The notes beneath the pieces are model-generated. The model saw nothing but the letters and a program-made list of their open reading frames with translations, was not told the origin of the DNA and searched no databases. Shown piece by piece: positions 47,099 to 48,433 of a stretch of 48,433 nucleotides of DNA (position 1 is its first letter; each line of letters opens with the position of its first letter). The translations under genes were made by a program, and so were the position numbers. The DNA is from an uncultured Comamonadaceae bacterium. GTDB taxonomy: Bacteria > Bacteroidota > Bacteroidia > Flavobacteriales_D > Sanyastnellaceae. The stretch is from contig CAYGUR010000002.1 of assembly GCA_964353035.1 (NCBI GenBank), forward strand, positions 1-48,433, read 5' to 3'.

Positions 47099-47106
47099 TA
47101 CTTTTG
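47099..47106 (+). promoter_or_regulatory. Bacteroidota-type -7 promoter box (TAnnTTTG), candidate atp operon promoter
   Basis: Exact TACTTTTG sits 33 nt upstream of the ATG at 47140. This is a motif match only. Confidence 0.35.
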
Positions 47107-47139
47107 CACCGTTTTTTAAGGGTTGCAAAACCAGTGATA

Positions 47140-48285
47140 ATGGATTTTCGAAAGATTGCTTTGCATGTATTTACTGTAGTTCTAGCTACAGCGCTGTTCC
47201 TTCCTTTTGCTGCTTCGGCATCAGACCAGGGGCACGAAGAGCACGCTCATGGCGAAAAAGAGCCATTTAAGGCGGGAGAATACATCATACATCACATTTC
47301 AGACGCACACAGCATTCACCTTTGGGGAGACGAAGCAGACGGCGTTCATCCAGTAAGCATTCCCTTGCCAGTTATTCTTTGGACAGACAACGGGTTGACC
47401 ATCTTTTCTTCTGGTCAATTTCACCATGACGACGAGGGAACACATGTAGTTGAGGCAAACGGACAACGTTTTGTGAACTACCACGAAAAGATTTTATATG
47501 CTACCGACACGCCAGACGAGCACGGAGTATACGCTAACATTGATCACGCAACGCACAAGCCAGCGGGGGACGTACCTTTTGATATAAGCATCACAAAATC
47601 AGTCTTCGGAATGCTAATGATTATTTTCATCATGATCATTGTTTTTAGAGCTGTAGCGAAAGGATACAAGAAGAATGAGGGCAAGGCACCAACAGGCATT
47701 CAGAATGCATTGGAGCCACTAATCCTGTTCATTCGTGACGAGGTGGCTATTCCATCTTTAGGAGCGAAAAAGGCCGACAAGTTTTTACCCTTCCTTTTAA
47801 CAGTGTTCTTTTTTATTTGGTTGTGTAACATCTTAGGTCTAGTTCCATTTTTGGGTGGATTCAACATCACAGGGACACTCGGTGTAACGATGGTGCTTGC
47901 AGCCTTTGTGTTCATCATTACTACAATCAATGCGAATAAGCATTATTGGATGCACATTCTATGGCCTCCCGGAGTGCCATTGCCGATTAAGTTTATTTTG
48001 ATCCCTATTGAGTTAGTTGGTATTCTTTTGAAGCCACTTGTACTCATGATTCGTTTGACTGCGAACATCAGTGCAGGACACATTGTGATCTTGGCATTTG
48101 TGAGCTTGGTGATCATGTTTGGTCAGCAGAGCACAGGACTCGGAATGGGAATTGGCGTGGGGGCAGTGGCCTTCATGGTATTTATGTTCTTCCTTGAGCT
48201 ATTGGTAGCTTTCCTTCAAGCGTATGTATTTACGTTGTTGGCGGCCCTTTATTTCGGGGATGCAACTCAAGACGCACATCATTAA
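47140..48285 (+). CDS. atpB: F0F1 ATP synthase subunit a, with a His-rich N-terminal extracytoplasmic extension
   Basis: The start is taken at MDFRKIALHVF; the tracked ORF starts at a TTG at 47104. The C-terminal half has the subunit-a signature with the essential Arg (LMIRLTANISAGHIV) and a terminal helix (LLVAFLQAYVFTLLAALY). Confidence 0.92.
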   Translation: MDFRKIALHVFTVVLATALFLPFAASASDQGHEEHAHGEKEPFKAGEYIIHHISDAHSIHLWGDEADGVHPVSIPLPVILWTDNGLTIFSSGQFHHDDEGTHVVEANGQRFVNYHEKILYATDTPDEHGVYANIDHATHKPAGDVPFDISITKSVFGMLMIIFIMIIVFRAVAKGYKKNEGKAPTGIQNALEPLILFIRDEVAIPSLGAKKADKFLPFLLTVFFFIWLCNILGLVPFLGGFNITGTLGVTMVLAAFVFIITTINANKHYWMHILWPPGVPLPIKFILIPIELVGILLKPLVLMIRLTANISAGHIVILAFVSLVIMFGQQSTGLGMGIGVGAVAFMVFMFFLELLVAFLQAYVFTLLAALYFGDATQDAHH

Positions 48286-48308
48286 ATCAAACCATAAATT
48301 TTAACAAA

Positions 48309-48433
48309 ATGGAATTGCTCACTATCCTTCTTAACGACTTCCTTGGACAAGGTCTTGCAGGTATCGGTGCTGGCGCAGCTGTAATTGGCGCAGGAATTGG
48401 TATTGGCCGCATTGGTGGTTCAGCTCTAGAAGC
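48309..48433 (+). CDS. atpE: F0F1 ATP synthase subunit c (partial, runs off the window)
   Basis: The translation MELLTILLNDFLGQGLAGIGAGAAVIGAGIGIGRIGGSALEA shows the Gly-rich first helix typical of c subunits. It follows atpB by 23 nt. Confidence 0.85.
   Translation, partial: MELLTILLNDFLGQGLAGIGAGAAVIGAGIGIGRIGGSALE

Overview
This 48.4-kb window is a chromosomal segment that looks like a Bacteroidota genome, probably Flavobacteriia-like. The lineage call is an inference from four observations: type IX secretion (T9SS) cargo and components, SprB-type repeats, exact TAnnTTTG -7 promoter boxes, and little Shine-Dalgarno signal. I call 33 CDS (one truncated at the 3' edge), one tRNA-Asn(GTT), two intrinsic terminators, and several short regulatory or repeat elements. 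I see no transposase, integrase, CRISPR array or rRNA.

Gene content, left to right:
- A minus-strand T9SS surface-protein locus. It holds a 335-aa type-B cargo with its own PorP/SprF-like gene, then a 2549-aa SprB-like adhesin with a second PorP/SprF-like gene.
- Housekeeping genes: a biotin carrier protein, an M1 aminopeptidase, hemW, an EamA transporter and a DUF502 protein.
- Two T9SS type-A cargo proteins, one with a lamin-tail, Calx-beta and PKD multidomain architecture.
- A DUF4175 coiled-coil giant followed by an RsbW-like kinase, ybeY and mnmG.
- An ALDH7-like dehydrogenase, a TlpA-like lipoprotein, an M28 peptidase and rpiB.
- A tight four-gene unit: exported MORN-repeat protein, soluble ~8-PAS histidine kinase, LytTR response regulator and unknown outer-membrane barrel. 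A 475-bp AT-rich region sits upstream of it.
- tRNA-Asn, a PfkB kinase and an M23 peptidase.
- PorW/SprE-like lipoprotein, bactofilin, AtpZ, a small membrane protein, atpB and atpE.

The observations most worth a second look are:
- the tandem cargo/PorP modules;
- the MORN/PAS-kinase/LytTR/barrel unit and its repeat-laden upstream region;
- a 14-16-nt CACGTG-centred palindrome present three times in and around mnmG;
- a GC-rich repeat and hairpin block at the left edge of the window;
- an unrecognised duplicated Cys-framed module in the lamin-tail protein.

None of these is demonstrably a new system from sequence alone. All functional calls rest on motif recognition by eye, and no database search was run.
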